Assembly (NCBI GenBank): GCA_050261575.1
Contig: JBLNDL010000043.1
Location: 12,115-76,114, forward strand
Length of the DNA stretch: 64,000 bases
From: Sphingomonadaceae bacterium
Lineage (GTDB): Bacteria; Chloroflexota; UBA6077
Reading direction: 5' to 3'
The position numbers and the translations under genes were made by a program. Below are positions 29,890-39,822 of this stretch, in pieces. The first letter of the stretch is position 1. Each line of letters starts with the position of its first letter. The notes under the pieces were generated by a model. It searched no databases. It was not told the DNA's origin and saw nothing but the letters and a program-made list of their open reading frames with translations.

Positions 29890-30894
29890 TCAGTCCTGGT
29901 CGAGACTACCGAGCCGATGGAAAACGCCCGAGCGGGCCGCCACCTCCATGCACCGGGTGAAGTCCACCACCCGGGGACCGTTCATCGTTAGCCGAACGGA
30001 GAGGGTGGGATGCCCGTAGATCTCGATCTCACGCTCGCCGTCCAGCGCCACCGTCGAAACCTGGGAGTCCAGCACCACGGACTCCCCCAACGATAGAAGC
30101 CGGTGCTCTCGGACATCGACTGGGGTCAGCAACCCTGGGGCGACCGGCGCCAGCACACGGGAGCCACCCTGCCCGAGAGCCAGATAGATCCCTTGGCCGT
30201 CCTTGCTGGTCAAGTGTCGAAAGCAGCTACCCAGCGACGAGATGCCGATGTTGCCTGGCTCCGACCTGGCCAGGACGATCTCCCGCACCCGGCTGAGGTC
30301 CCATATCGCCCTGCTGGCCACCCAGAGATCGGTACTCGTGACCGCGTCGATCAGTGCGATGTCGACCAACTCCTCGTCGAGGAACAGTTCGAGCCGCTTA
30401 GCTCGGTAGGTCACATCGTCGACCGGCACGGCGCCTGTGGCCACGAGGCCAGCGACCATCCCGGCGATCGTGCCCTCCACCATGCTCGGGAATACGTTGT
30501 TGGTGCCTGTGGAGATGGGGACGAGTGGGATCGCCCCACACCCCTTCGCCACCACCCTGTTGGTGCCGTCCCCACCGAGCACCACGATGCACCCTGCCCC
30601 CATCCGGCTCAGCAGCGCCGCGGCCTCGGAGGAGTCCCTGTCTGTGCCGCTCACCGCCATGTCCATCACCTCGGCCCGCAGGGACCGGAGGCCCAGGCCG
30701 TCCAGCGCCCGCAACCCGAGGCCATAGCTATCGGGCATGATGCTCGCTCGATCGACACCCAGCCTATCCAGGGCCAACATCACCCGCCGCAGGATGCTGA
30801 CCTTCTCGTTGTTGCCGAACACCGACGCGTGGGCCACCAGACGGCGAATATCCCTTCCGGACGCCGGGTTGGCGATGATCCCGACTGTAGACAT
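29890..30894 (-). CDS. ATP-NAD kinase / diacylglycerol-kinase-fold protein (AcoX-like) embedded in the 2-oxoacid dehydrogenase operon
   Basis: ATG at 30894 with GGGGAG RBS; GGDGT motif (VVLGGDGTNRVV) and NAD-kinase-like core. Its position between E1beta and E2 recalls acoX of acetoin dehydrogenase clusters. Confidence 0.65.
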   Translation of the reverse strand: MSTVGIIANPASGRDIRRLVAHASVFGNNEKVSILRRVMLALDRLGVDRASIMPDSYGLGLRALDGLGLRSLRAEVMDMAVSGTDRDSSEAAALLSRMGAGCIVVLGGDGTNRVVAKGCGAIPLVPISTGTNNVFPSMVEGTIAGMVAGLVATGAVPVDDVTYRAKRLELFLDEELVDIALIDAVTSTDLWVASRAIWDLSRVREIVLARSEPGNIGISSLGSCFRHLTSKDGQGIYLALGQGGSRVLAPVAPGLLTPVDVREHRLLSLGESVVLDSQVSTVALDGEREIEIYGHPTLSVRLTMNGPRVVDFTRCMEVAARSGVFHRLGSLDQD

Positions 30895-31105
30895 GAGAGG
30901 CTCTCCCCAGGGTCGGCGCTCCCGATCGATGGAACGGCCGGCCAATCTAGAAACATCGCGGAGGGCCGGCCGCACTCGCTCGCACCACGCCGCCGGCCCG
31001 CCCAGTTCCTGCCACCCGCGGCCGGGAGCGAGGGGCGTGACGCTGCGCCCGCACCACGGCCCCCCCGCCTTTCGGGGGGCGCCCCCCGCCCCACATCACA
31101 ACGGG

Positions 31106-32134
31106 TCAGCCCACCGCCGTCCTCACCGCCGCGGCGATCTTGCCGGCGCTGGGGATGTATGCATCCTCCAGCACCGGGCTGAAGGGCACCGGAGTGTGGG
31201 GTGCCGTCACCGCCACGGGTGGCGAGTCGAGGTAGCCGAAAGCCTGCTGAGCCGCCAGAGAGACGATGTCGTTGGCCACGCTGCAGCGCGGGTTGTCCTC
31301 GTCCACCACCACCAACCTGTGGGTCTTCTTCACCGACTGCAGAATGGTGTCCTCGTCCAGGGGCGAGAGGGTCTGAGGATCCACCACCTCAACCTGTATC
31401 CCGTCAGCCGCCAGCTCCTCGGCGGCCTCCATGGCAAAGCTCCGCATCCGGCCTATCGCCACCACCGTCGCGTCCTTGCCCTCCCGGGCGATCTCCGCCT
31501 GGCCCAGAGGCACGACGTAGTCGTCCTCGGGCACAGGACCCGAGCTGTCCAGCAGCACCAGGTGTTCGAAGAAGATCACCGGGTCGTCGTCGCGGATGGA
31601 TGCCGCCAGCAGCCCCTTGGCGTTGTACGGGGTGGACGGCACCACCACCTTGAGGCCCGGCATGTGGGTGAAGACCGAGTAGAGGACGGCGGAGTGCTGC
31701 GCGGCGGCTCTGAAGCCGGCGCCATACAGTGTGCGGATGACCATCGGCACCTTGGCCTTGCCGCCGAACATGTAGCGGATCTTGCCGCCCTGGTTGAAGA
31801 TCTGGTCCATGCAGACGCCGAAGAAGTCGACGAACATCAGCTCGGCTATCGGCCGCAACCCGGTGGAGGCGGCGCCCACCGCCGCACCGATGAAGGACGA
31901 CTCGCTGATGGGGGTGTCGATGACGCGGGTCCGGCCGAACTCCTGCACCAGCCCCTTGGTGACCCCCAGGTCACCGCCCCACGCCTCTTCGCCCTTCTCC
32001 TCCAGGTGGGTCCGCGCGCCGCCCGCCACATCCTCGCCCATCAGGATCACGGTGGGATCCCGGCGCATCTCCAATCGCATGGCCTCGTTGAGCGCCTCGC
32101 GGAAAGTCAGCGTTCTCGTCGTCACAGTGGTCAT
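31106..32134 (-). CDS. 2-oxoacid (acetoin/pyruvate-type) dehydrogenase E1 component beta subunit
   Basis: Transketolase-like pyrimidine-binding and C-terminal domains (VILMGEDV, FFEHLVLLD). Confidence 0.9.
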   Translation of the reverse strand: MTTVTTRTLTFREALNEAMRLEMRRDPTVILMGEDVAGGARTHLEEKGEEAWGGDLGVTKGLVQEFGRTRVIDTPISESSFIGAAVGAASTGLRPIAELMFVDFFGVCMDQIFNQGGKIRYMFGGKAKVPMVIRTLYGAGFRAAAQHSAVLYSVFTHMPGLKVVVPSTPYNAKGLLAASIRDDDPVIFFEHLVLLDSSGPVPEDDYVVPLGQAEIAREGKDATVVAIGRMRSFAMEAAEELAADGIQVEVVDPQTLSPLDEDTILQSVKKTHRLVVVDEDNPRCSVANDIVSLAAQQAFGYLDSPPVAVTAPHTPVPFSPVLEDAYIPSAGKIAAAVRTAVG

Positions 32135-32147
32135 CGCGCGTCCTCCC

Positions 32148-33116
32148 TCACCGATAGCTGACGTAGACGTCGGTCAGCACCTCTTCCGGAGCCGGATAGG
32201 GCGCCGCCTCGGCAAACTGGACGGCTTCGTCCACAGCCCTCTTCACCTCGGAGTCGATCCGAGAGATCTCGTCCTCCGAGAGGAGACCCCGCTCGAGCAC
32301 CCTCTTCCTGAAGCCGTCGATCGGGTCCCTCGCGCGGTTCTTGGCCCTCTCTTCCTCAGTGAAGTAGCTCAGGTTGTCGCCCTGGAAGTGGCCGTAGTAG
32401 CGGAACGCCTTGCACTCGATGAGCGTAGGGCCCTCACCCCGACGGGCGCGCGCAATCGCCTCGCCCGCCGCCTCGAAGACCGCGAAGAGGTCGGTGCCGT
32501 CGATAGCAAAGCCCGGCATGCTGTAGGCCGTGGCCCGGTCGGCGATGTCGTGGACAGCGGCGTGGTAGTGGGCAGGGGTGCTCTGCGCGTAGCCGTTGTT
32601 CTCGCAGACGAAGACCACCGGCAGCTTCCATATGGAGGCAAGGTTCATCGACTCGTGCATCGTGCCCTGCTCGGCCGCGCCGTCCCCGAAGAAGCAGACG
32701 GTCACCTGATCGGTACCCTTGACCTTCGCCATCAGGGCCGAGCCGCAGGCCAGCGGCCCGCCGGCCCCGACGATGCCGTTGGCACCCAGCATCCCCTTGG
32801 TCACGTCGGCGATGTGCATCGAGCCGCCCTTGCCCTTGCAGGCGCCCGGCGCCTTTCCGTACAGCTCAGCCATCATCGCCTTCAGGTCGACGCCCTTGGC
32901 TATGCAGTGCCCGTGACCGCGATGGGTGGAGGTAATGAAGTCTCGGTCGGTGAGGTGGGCGCACACCCCCACGGCGATCGCCTCCTCGCCTGCATAGAGG
33001 TGCACGAAACCCGGTATCCTACCCTCTGCAAACAAATCGGCCGCCCTGTTCTCGAACTCGCGTATCAGCCGCATCCGTTCGTAGATCCAGGGCAGTCTCT
33101 CCTTGAGTTCAGTCAT
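32148..33116 (-). CDS. 2-oxoacid (acetoin/pyruvate-type) dehydrogenase E1 component alpha subunit (TPP-binding)
   Basis: TPP motif GDGAAEQG...NN (CFFGDGAAEQGTMHESMNLASIWKLPVVFVCENNGYA); the roughly 320-aa size and FRYYGHFQGD are typical of AcoA-like E1alpha. Confidence 0.9.
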   Translation of the reverse strand: MTELKERLPWIYERMRLIREFENRAADLFAEGRIPGFVHLYAGEEAIAVGVCAHLTDRDFITSTHRGHGHCIAKGVDLKAMMAELYGKAPGACKGKGGSMHIADVTKGMLGANGIVGAGGPLACGSALMAKVKGTDQVTVCFFGDGAAEQGTMHESMNLASIWKLPVVFVCENNGYAQSTPAHYHAAVHDIADRATAYSMPGFAIDGTDLFAVFEAAGEAIARARRGEGPTLIECKAFRYYGHFQGDNLSYFTEEERAKNRARDPIDGFRKRVLERGLLSEDEISRIDSEVKRAVDEAVQFAEAAPYPAPEEVLTDVYVSYR

Positions 33117-33299
33117 GGTCAGTCTCCTTCGTCCTCTCAGACGGGCGGCAAGCCCGTCGCTGCTAGGCGCATGGACAGACTCTCTGCTCCACCATCAAGG
33201 AAAGCTCCGGCCGGCCAATTCCGCTCTCGCGTTCGGGCTCCTAAAGAAGACGGGCTCGAACCAGTTGACACCTCCTTTCTCTCGACCCAGCGCCCCTCG

Positions 33300-33318
33300 G
33301 GCAAAGCGCCACTTTGCC
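33300..33318 (-). promoter_or_regulatory. Small hairpin inside the 310-nt untranslated gap between lplA and the E1alpha gene
   Basis: ggcaaag-cgcca-ctttgcc (7-bp stem). A second 7-bp hairpin overlaps the lplA stop codon (33422-33440). Confidence 0.2.
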
Positions 33319-33426
33319 ATGGGTCCGCGGGGACACCGCCTCCCCACCGATCCGCCCCTGTGGCCGCCTCCTCGAGGCCGCGCTGCTGTCGGCGACTGCG
33401 GAGCGGACCACGCAGGACCGGATGCC

Positions 33427-34518
33427 TCATCCGGGATCGTCGCCGCGGTGCCCCTCCGACAATGCCAGCAGGACGGCTGCGATCTCCTCCGGCGTCACCC
33501 CCGGCGACTGGAGGTCCAACTCCCCGTACACCCCCTGCAGGCGAGGTAGCAGCGCTTCGGGCCGCAGTTCAAGCCCCCGAACCGCCTCCTCCAGTGCGTC
33601 GAGTCCGGCAGCAGGCGACATGGTGAAGTCGCCGGAGATGGTCAGATCGTCGATACGCCCATCGCGGACGGACGCCGTGACTCGGATCAACCCGCCCGGC
33701 GCCTTGCGCTCAGCCTCAACCACCTGCACGCCCTCGTGTATCTTCACCCCATCGCGCTTGAGGCCGCCCCGCAGATACAACCATCGGCGCGACGACAGCC
33801 GCTCGTCCCACCGGCGAGCCGCCGCCTCCTCGCGCTCCGTCAGAGCACCGGGCACGATCTCTCGACCTAGGAGGGCGGACAGCTTGTCGAGGTAGAGGCC
33901 CTTCACGGCTTCACGATCGGGAAGCCGCCCTAGCTCCCGGGACATCGTGGTCACGTACTCTCGGAGGCTCCGGTACACCTTATCCCGCATCTTCTCGGAT
34001 GGCAGCCTCAGGACACGCACCATCGCCTCGTGGTCGAAGTCGAACATCAGGCTGCCGACCACCACCTCTGCCTCCCCCATGCGTGCAGCACCCGTCCCCC
34101 CGATCTTCCTGCCATCCACGTGCACGTCGTTGATCGGCCGGTGGTAGGCAGCTATGCCGAGGGCCCTGTAGGTGTCCACCAGCGCCTGCACGTGGAGGGC
34201 GAAGCGGCCCTCCACCGACGATGGGAGATGCTCCCGATGGAAGACCCACTGGGTGAAGAGCTGGTCGCGGTCCAGGTAGACGGCGCCGCCGCCCACCTCC
34301 CGTCGATAGACCGGAAGGCCGTGGGCCCGGCAGAAGGCCATATCCACTTCCTTCTCCAGGTCCTGGTGGAAGCCAATGCACACGTAGGGGTCGATGGGGG
34401 ATACGAGAACGAGGGAGTCTGGGGTCTCGGGGAGCATGGCATGAGCCAGGGCGTGGTAGATCGACTGCGACCGCACCGGCGGGACAAATCCAAGGTCCAG
34501 GAGACGAATGGCATCCAT
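33427..34518 (-). CDS. lplA: Lipoate-protein ligase A (BPL/LPL catalytic domain plus C-terminal domain)
   Basis: ATG with GGAGG 5 nt upstream; VLVSPIDPYVCIGFHQDL...RREVGGGAVYLD...KIGGTGAARMGE (lipoyl-AMP binding Lys region). Confidence 0.85.
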   Translation of the reverse strand: MDAIRLLDLGFVPPVRSQSIYHALAHAMLPETPDSLVLVSPIDPYVCIGFHQDLEKEVDMAFCRAHGLPVYRREVGGGAVYLDRDQLFTQWVFHREHLPSSVEGRFALHVQALVDTYRALGIAAYHRPINDVHVDGRKIGGTGAARMGEAEVVVGSLMFDFDHEAMVRVLRLPSEKMRDKVYRSLREYVTTMSRELGRLPDREAVKGLYLDKLSALLGREIVPGALTEREEAAARRWDERLSSRRWLYLRGGLKRDGVKIHEGVQVVEAERKAPGGLIRVTASVRDGRIDDLTISGDFTMSPAAGLDALEEAVRGLELRPEALLPRLQGVYGELDLQSPGVTPEEIAAVLLALSEGHRGDDPG

Positions 34519-34644
34519 TACCGCCTCCGGAGGACACCCGGAACGTCGGGCAGCGACTATCGGAGACCCGAAACGCTCATGACAGGTACCCCAGATGGCG
34601 CTCGCCCGGCATGGTCCAGACCGCCATCTGCCTGCCGAGGAACC

Positions 34645-34673
34645 ATTCTAATGATGATGTGGGGTTTATGCAA
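34645..34673 (-). promoter_or_regulatory. Weak sigma-70-like promoter candidate upstream of lplA (TTGCAT-N17-TAGAAT on minus strand)
   Basis: In an AT-richer patch 130-155 nt upstream of the lplA ATG; the -35 is a poor match. Confidence 0.2.
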
Positions 34674-35036
34674 GCGCCTCTTCTGTTTTCCAGTGGCTAT
34701 TACCTGTAGCCTGCGTTCCTGAACCGCGCCAACGATGACCCGCGCGCGGCCTCAGATGAAGCGCGTCACGAACCACTTCAACTATATCAATGCTTCGCCC
34801 TCGATTGGATGCTATAGTCAATGGTGCATGACGATATCATGCGATTCCTTAACACAGTGCACCGGCTGCCATACCCTTAGCCTTCTCTATGCTCGCCACT
34901 ATCATCGAGGAACGCTGTCCTGTCGAGATTCGGGCAGAGAGCGAAGATGGGCTAGCACCGCCAGAGACTCGCTCTGGCGGCAACGTCGGCGCCACGCTGG
35001 CGACTGAAGGGGGACGATGGAACGCAGAACATCCCT

Positions 35037-35147
35037 CTGGGCCACCACGGGGACCCGGAAGACATCGCCAACGTGGTGGCGTTCCTCGCCTCGGACAAGG
35101 CGAAGCTCATCACGGGGCAGGCCATCAACGTGGACGGGGAATGGTGA
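35037..35147 (+). pseudogene. Remnant of an SDR oxidoreductase gene (C-terminal 36 codons only)
   Basis: [39 protein letters not shown] is a textbook SDR C-terminus (compare [37 protein letters not shown]), but nothing SDR-like is left upstream. Confidence 0.5.
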
Positions 35148-35160
35148 AGGCCTGCATCCA

Positions 35161-35240
35161 AGCAGGTATCTCTAGTCCATATCGACTTCTCTGGCGGGAA
35201 ACGCGTACGCTGTCTGGAGATGCCTGATTAGGAGTAACGC
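35161..35240. repeat. Copy A of a roughly 75-bp repeat with imperfect terminal inverted repeats (caggtatctc...gagatgcctg)
   Basis: About 74% identical, ungapped, to the copy at 37018-37095; the two copies directly flank the glycoside hydrolase gene. Confidence 0.5.
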
Positions 35241-35288
35241 GGCCGTCCCTAAACGGGGCTTCGCCCGGCGCCACCAACGCCGCACCTC

Positions 35289-36857
35289 TCACGGACGGCG
35301 AGACAGGAGGATCCGGGCGGCCCCACCGAGGGACGGATGCTCTCGGGGCTTCAGCACCACCTGCTGAGGGTTGGGCTCCTCGACCTCCGCGCCGAGCGCA
35401 TCGAAGACCCGCTTTCCGGCCGGCAGGGGCACCGTGACATCCCTGCCGGCCACTTTCGACCAGACGACGGTGAACTCGACGCCGTCGCTTCGAGTCCCGT
35501 CCACCCTCATGGTCTCTTCGCTCTCCGACCACGAAACACTGGAGATCCTCGCCAGCAGTCTCGCCATGGTGGTGAGCGCCAGGTAGGAGGGCTTCTTCAC
35601 CAGACGTCCGTTCTCGATCCTCGTCAAGGAGAACCTGTCTTCGCCGCCGTCCAGGGCTGAGTAGAAGTACAGCCGGTCCATCATGCCGGAGGCGACGGCG
35701 AGGGATGTGATCTGCGGGATGTACCCCTCCGCGAGCTGTCCATCGGTGGCCGGCGTCTGCCCCGAATTGACAGTGGGGTTACCCACTTCTGCCAGGTCGA
35801 ACTTGAGGTCGTTGAGCCCCACCTTCGCCATGGTCTCGCGCATCCGGGTCAGCCTCTGCAGGAACCCGTCTATCGGGCCGTAGTAGTGGTCCGCCACCCT
35901 CTGGAAGGGGAGGAACTTCGAGGAGCCGTTCGCCCACCCCGGTAGGAGCGAGTCGAAGGTACCGAGCAGCTTCTGCAGATACTCGCCCTCCCCGAAGTAG
36001 GCCATTCCCGGCAGCGCGAGTTCCAGATCGTCGAGGCCCTCTCGCTTCTTGACATCGGCGGCGGTCGAGAGGGTCTTCACCAGTTCTGGGAGGTTGTCCC
36101 GCCACGCCGCGCCCGGATCGTTCGGCTCGTTGCCCCAGACGATAGTCCGAACGCCGTACCCGTGCAGCGCACGGATGATCCTGGCCACCTTCTCTGGGCT
36201 CAAGGGTCTGTCGAGTTCCACCACCGCCGTGGCATGGCGGCCGTTGGACATCGCCCAGACGGCACGGTCGAAAACGCGCCGCTGCACGTTCTCCAGGTAG
36301 TCGGTGCCCCGGAACCCCCCGACGAGCGGGCCGTTGCCGAACAGCAGGAACCGTTGTCTTCCATCGTCGACGAACACCATGTGGGGCGAGATGGCAAACC
36401 GGAAGTGTCCGATGTCTAGCTCTTCCTCTTCCTCCATCAGCGGCCAATTGTTCAACCCGAGCCTGGACTCGGTCAGGGGGGTATCGCCGAGGAGCTGTTG
36501 GAGGGGGCTGGGCGCGTGTCCCCCGCGCCTCTCCTCTGCCTCTCTTCGCGCCATACAACTCGCCACAGCCTCGCTCGGCGACCGCGCCGCGATATCGAAC
36601 GACAGCGGGTTCCCCCTGGCGACGCAGGCCTCGATCATATCCCGCTCCGACTGCGAAGCCCCTTCGAGGGTATCGGGCAACTGGGTTATGACCGTCGGCA
36701 GGGTAGGCGGAAGGGGGGGTTGCGCCCAGGGTCGAGCGAACGCGGCACTAGGGTTCGCAACCACACCGACGGCAAGCGCCGACAGGCTGCCAAGCAACCG
36801 GCGGCGGCTGACGACACCGTTCCAGGATCGAATCGCAGTCTCCAACATCTCCACCAT
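35289..36857 (-). CDS. Tat-secreted glycoside hydrolase (clan GH-A-like, NEP motif)
   Basis: ATG at 36857 with GGAGGAGG; twin-arginine signal (SRRRLLGSLSALAVGVVANPSAAFA); VRTIVWGNEPN catalytic-acid motif. Confidence 0.7.
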   Translation of the reverse strand: MVEMLETAIRSWNGVVSRRRLLGSLSALAVGVVANPSAAFARPWAQPPLPPTLPTVITQLPDTLEGASQSERDMIEACVARGNPLSFDIAARSPSEAVASCMARREAEERRGGHAPSPLQQLLGDTPLTESRLGLNNWPLMEEEEELDIGHFRFAISPHMVFVDDGRQRFLLFGNGPLVGGFRGTDYLENVQRRVFDRAVWAMSNGRHATAVVELDRPLSPEKVARIIRALHGYGVRTIVWGNEPNDPGAAWRDNLPELVKTLSTAADVKKREGLDDLELALPGMAYFGEGEYLQKLLGTFDSLLPGWANGSSKFLPFQRVADHYYGPIDGFLQRLTRMRETMAKVGLNDLKFDLAEVGNPTVNSGQTPATDGQLAEGYIPQITSLAVASGMMDRLYFYSALDGGEDRFSLTRIENGRLVKKPSYLALTTMARLLARISSVSWSESEETMRVDGTRSDGVEFTVVWSKVAGRDVTVPLPAGKRVFDALGAEVEEPNPQQVVLKPREHPSLGGAARILLSRRP

Positions 36858-37017
36858 TTCCTCCTCCGTCGCCCGCACTTGGCCCGCCAAGGCCATCCGG
36901 CGCCATCGCCGGACCGGACGGCGCGTGCCATCTCCACACCCGGCGAGATCGGGTTCACCCGCCGTCGTGTGGGGACATGATAATGCAGAGAGCACACCTG
37001 CCCAACCCTCGACACTC

Positions 37018-37095
37018 AGCAGGTATCCCTAGTTCGTGTCGGCTTCTCCAGCGAGAAGCGTGTGCTCGATCCAGAGATGCCTGCTCAGCCGCGGT
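37018..37095. repeat. Copy B of the roughly 75-bp repeat; its left flank CTCGACACTCAGC recurs at 39348-39360
   Basis: See copy A. The 13-mer plus aggtatccc also occurs upstream of the cupredoxin-like gene, with about 68 nt inserted between the two parts there. Confidence 0.5.
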
Positions 37096-37284
37096 GGTCG
37101 CTCCCCGCCCCGCTCTCTTGCTGGTAGCTGCAAGGTTCCCTCCGCCGTGGGTTGCCAAGAATGGAACGATAGGGGCAGATGGCCCGTTCCATTTCAACGG
37201 CACGACGAATGCAAAGCGAAGCAGCGGCCGCGATGCGCGGCCCTAGGCTGACTCACTCACCAGTCTCAGCCTTAGGGGCGAAAG

Positions 37285-37632
37285 ATGTCCGAGCAAGAGA
37301 TAGAGGGCGTCAGGTTCAGACCAAGCCCGACCAAGAAGATGGATCGGGAGTACGATCTATCCGACATGCGCGTCGTCTACCGCCGCGGCGACTGGAATAG
37401 CTGGGCAGAGATGATCCACTGGCTCGAGACCGAGGGTGAGAGAGACAACGAACTCACGCCGGGCGAGGTAATCGCCATGGTAGAGGACCTCCGCCAGGTC
37501 GAGAGAGACAATACCCCCTTCACCAAGGATCCGCAGAAGGCGTACGATTTGGCCCACCAGCACCGTGCCAGGCGGGTGGCGGGCAAGCCTCCAGGAGTGG
37601 GAAGAGGGAGAGTACGACGCAAGGGGGTGTGA
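37285..37632 (+). CDS. Hypothetical protein (115 aa), translationally coupled to apgM
   Basis: Coding-like composition; the stop overlaps the downstream GTG start. Confidence 0.45.
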   Translation: MSEQEIEGVRFRPSPTKKMDREYDLSDMRVVYRRGDWNSWAEMIHWLETEGERDNELTPGEVIAMVEDLRQVERDNTPFTKDPQKAYDLAHQHRARRVAGKPPGVGRGRVRRKGV

Positions 37633-38840
37633 GCTTGGACCTGGACTTCATCCGACGGCTGGTGAAGCCGGCCGACAGCAAGATCGTCCTGCTGGTGATG
37701 GACGGATTGGGGGGCGTTCCTAGAGAAGCCGACGGTCCGACGGAGTTGGAGGCGGCCAACACTCCACACCTGGATGCGCTGGCGGCCCGCTCCGTCTGCG
37801 GCTTGCACCAACCCGTCGGGTTCGGCATCACACCTGGGAGCGGCCCCTCCCACCTCGCGCTCTTCGGCTACGACCCCATTCGGTATCAGATCGGCCGGGG
37901 TGTGATGGAGGCACTGGGGATCGGTTTCGATCTGGCCCCACAGGACGTGGCCGCGCGCGGCAACTTCTGCACCATCGACGAGGCCGGCCGCGTGATCGAT
38001 CGGCGGGCAGGGCGCATCGGCACCGAGGAGAGCAGGGAGCTATGCGCCCTGCTGCGGCAGATCGAGCTGCCGGGCGTTCAACTGTTCGTCGAGCCCGTCA
38101 AGGAGCACCGTTTCGTGCTGGTGCTGCGCGGTAAGGGTCTCTCCGGCGAGGTGAGCGACACCGATCCCCAGGCGCTCGGGCGAGAGCCCCTGGAACCCGC
38201 GGCTCTGTCCCCGGATGGGGAGAGAACGGCGGAATTGGTCAGGCAGTTCGTGGCGGAGGCCCGCCGCATCCTCGCCGGCCATCCCACCGCCAACATGCTG
38301 CTGTTGCGAGGCTTCTCCAAGCGCCCCACCTGGCCCTCCATGCGGGAGGTCTTCGGGCTGAGGGCCGCCGCCATAGCTCCCTATCCCATGTACCGGGGCG
38401 TGTCCCGGCTGCTGGGCATGGAGGTGCTCGACACCGGAGAGAAGCTGCAGGAGGAGTTCGATGCGCTGGAGCAGAGGTGGGGTGAGTTCGACTTCTTCTA
38501 CCTGCACGTGAAGCGTACCGACAGCGCGGGGGAGGACGGCGACTTCGACCGGAAGGTGGCTCACATCGAGGAGCTGGACGCTCTGCTGCCCCGGCTCACG
38601 AATCTGGGGCCGGACGTGGTGATCGTCACGGGCGATCACTCGACGCCATCGGTGCTGCGTGCGCACAGTTGGCATCCGGTGCCCGTGCTCCTGTGGTCCC
38701 GTCACTGCCGGCCGGACGGAGTGGATCGCTTCGGCGAGCGCGCCTGCATGGCGGGTAGCCTCGGTTCCAGGCTGTCCTCGGTGGAGCTGATGCCGCTGGC
38801 GCTTGCCAACGCCCTGCGGCTAGAGAAGTACGGCGCGTGA
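37629..38840 (+). CDS. apgM: 2,3-bisphosphoglycerate-independent phosphoglycerate mutase, archaeal type
   Basis: KIVLLVMDGLGG...(metal-binding Asp), TGDHSTP, and the alkaline-phosphatase-like core typical of ApgM. Confidence 0.85.
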   Translation: MSLDLDFIRRLVKPADSKIVLLVMDGLGGVPREADGPTELEAANTPHLDALAARSVCGLHQPVGFGITPGSGPSHLALFGYDPIRYQIGRGVMEALGIGFDLAPQDVAARGNFCTIDEAGRVIDRRAGRIGTEESRELCALLRQIELPGVQLFVEPVKEHRFVLVLRGKGLSGEVSDTDPQALGREPLEPAALSPDGERTAELVRQFVAEARRILAGHPTANMLLLRGFSKRPTWPSMREVFGLRAAAIAPYPMYRGVSRLLGMEVLDTGEKLQEEFDALEQRWGEFDFFYLHVKRTDSAGEDGDFDRKVAHIEELDALLPRLTNLGPDVVIVTGDHSTPSVLRAHSWHPVPVLLWSRHCRPDGVDRFGERACMAGSLGSRLSSVELMPLALANALRLEKYGA

Positions 38841-39435
38841 TCCGCGGGGCGCGATGCGCCCAAGGTCCGGTCCAGGGCGGCGGGCCCCACATCCCACGGC
38901 CCCGTCCCGGTCAAGAGCAGGCCTGACGCTGCGCACGCTCGCGCCGCCTGTCCTCCGCCGCCCGCCGGTCCGAGCGCGGCCGCCGAGCGCCCTGACGGTG
39001 CCCCCACCTGCTACGATCCTTGTATCGGCCCGGCGTGCCGTGGAGACGCGTGCCGGCCGAGTGGACGGCCGGTTATGTGGGGAGCGTGCTGGGGGATACA
39101 GGGCTACCGTATCCTCGCCCGGAAAGGCTGCATCAGCCCCACGACGGACCGCCCCTTCCCGCGGGCTCTGTTTCGCGTCTGCCTCGGGGTACCCGGGGAT
39201 ACGGTGTAGCGACCAGCAGAGCCGCCGGCCCCACGGAGGGAACGGCACCGTCAGAATCACGTGCATACATCCACAGCGTGCCGTCTTCCGGCAGTGACTT
39301 GCCCTCCAGAGAGCTGTGGGGTTAGAGAGACTCTAAGCCCAGTCCCACTCGACACTCAGCCCCGCTTAAGGATCGTCCCTTACACTTCCAGCGCAGGGTA
39401 GTCTTTCTGTTCGTCGTCGAGGGGTGAGGTATCCC

Positions 39436-39822
39436 ATGACACCAGAAAACGTGCTGTCGTTGATGGCCTTCGTGCTGCTGGTGGCTTACGCAGGGGTGAG
39501 TCTCCGAATGCTGCGCGGGCGACAGGCGGGGACGAGAGCAGCCATCACGACCGAGGGTGTCCAGGAGGTGGAGATCCTGGTGAAGGGTCGCTACCACCCC
39601 AGCAGCGTGATCGTGAGGAGGCAGATCCCGGTGAGGTTGCGCTTCAACCGGCAGGAGGACGAGCCCTGCTCGGAGCGGGTGATCTTCTCGGTCCTCCGGC
39701 TCGAGAGGTGGCTCGCCCCCTTCGCCGTCACGGTGGTGGAGTTCACCCCGAACCAGACGGGCGACTTCCTGTTCACCTGTGCCCATGGGATGTACCTGGG
39801 GCGGCTCGTAGTCGAGGACTGA
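39436..39822 (+). CDS. Cupredoxin-like domain membrane-anchored protein (copper-resistance-associated PF13473-like)
   Basis: N-terminal TM helix, then VQEVEILVKGRYHPSSVIVRRQIPVRLRFNRQEDEPCSERVIF...VEFTPNQTGDFLFTCAHGMYLGRLVVED (Cys...C.HG.M ligand-like set). ATG 39436 with GAGGT-N5. Confidence 0.65.
   Translation: MTPENVLSLMAFVLLVAYAGVSLRMLRGRQAGTRAAITTEGVQEVEILVKGRYHPSSVIVRRQIPVRLRFNRQEDEPCSERVIFSVLRLERWLAPFAVTVVEFTPNQTGDFLFTCAHGMYLGRLVVED

Noticed and set aside
33251-33271. GGTTCGAGCCC motif (T-psi-C-loop-like) suggesting a tRNA in the lplA-E1alpha gap
   Set aside because: No acceptor, D or anticodon stems can be built around it. It is most likely coincidental.
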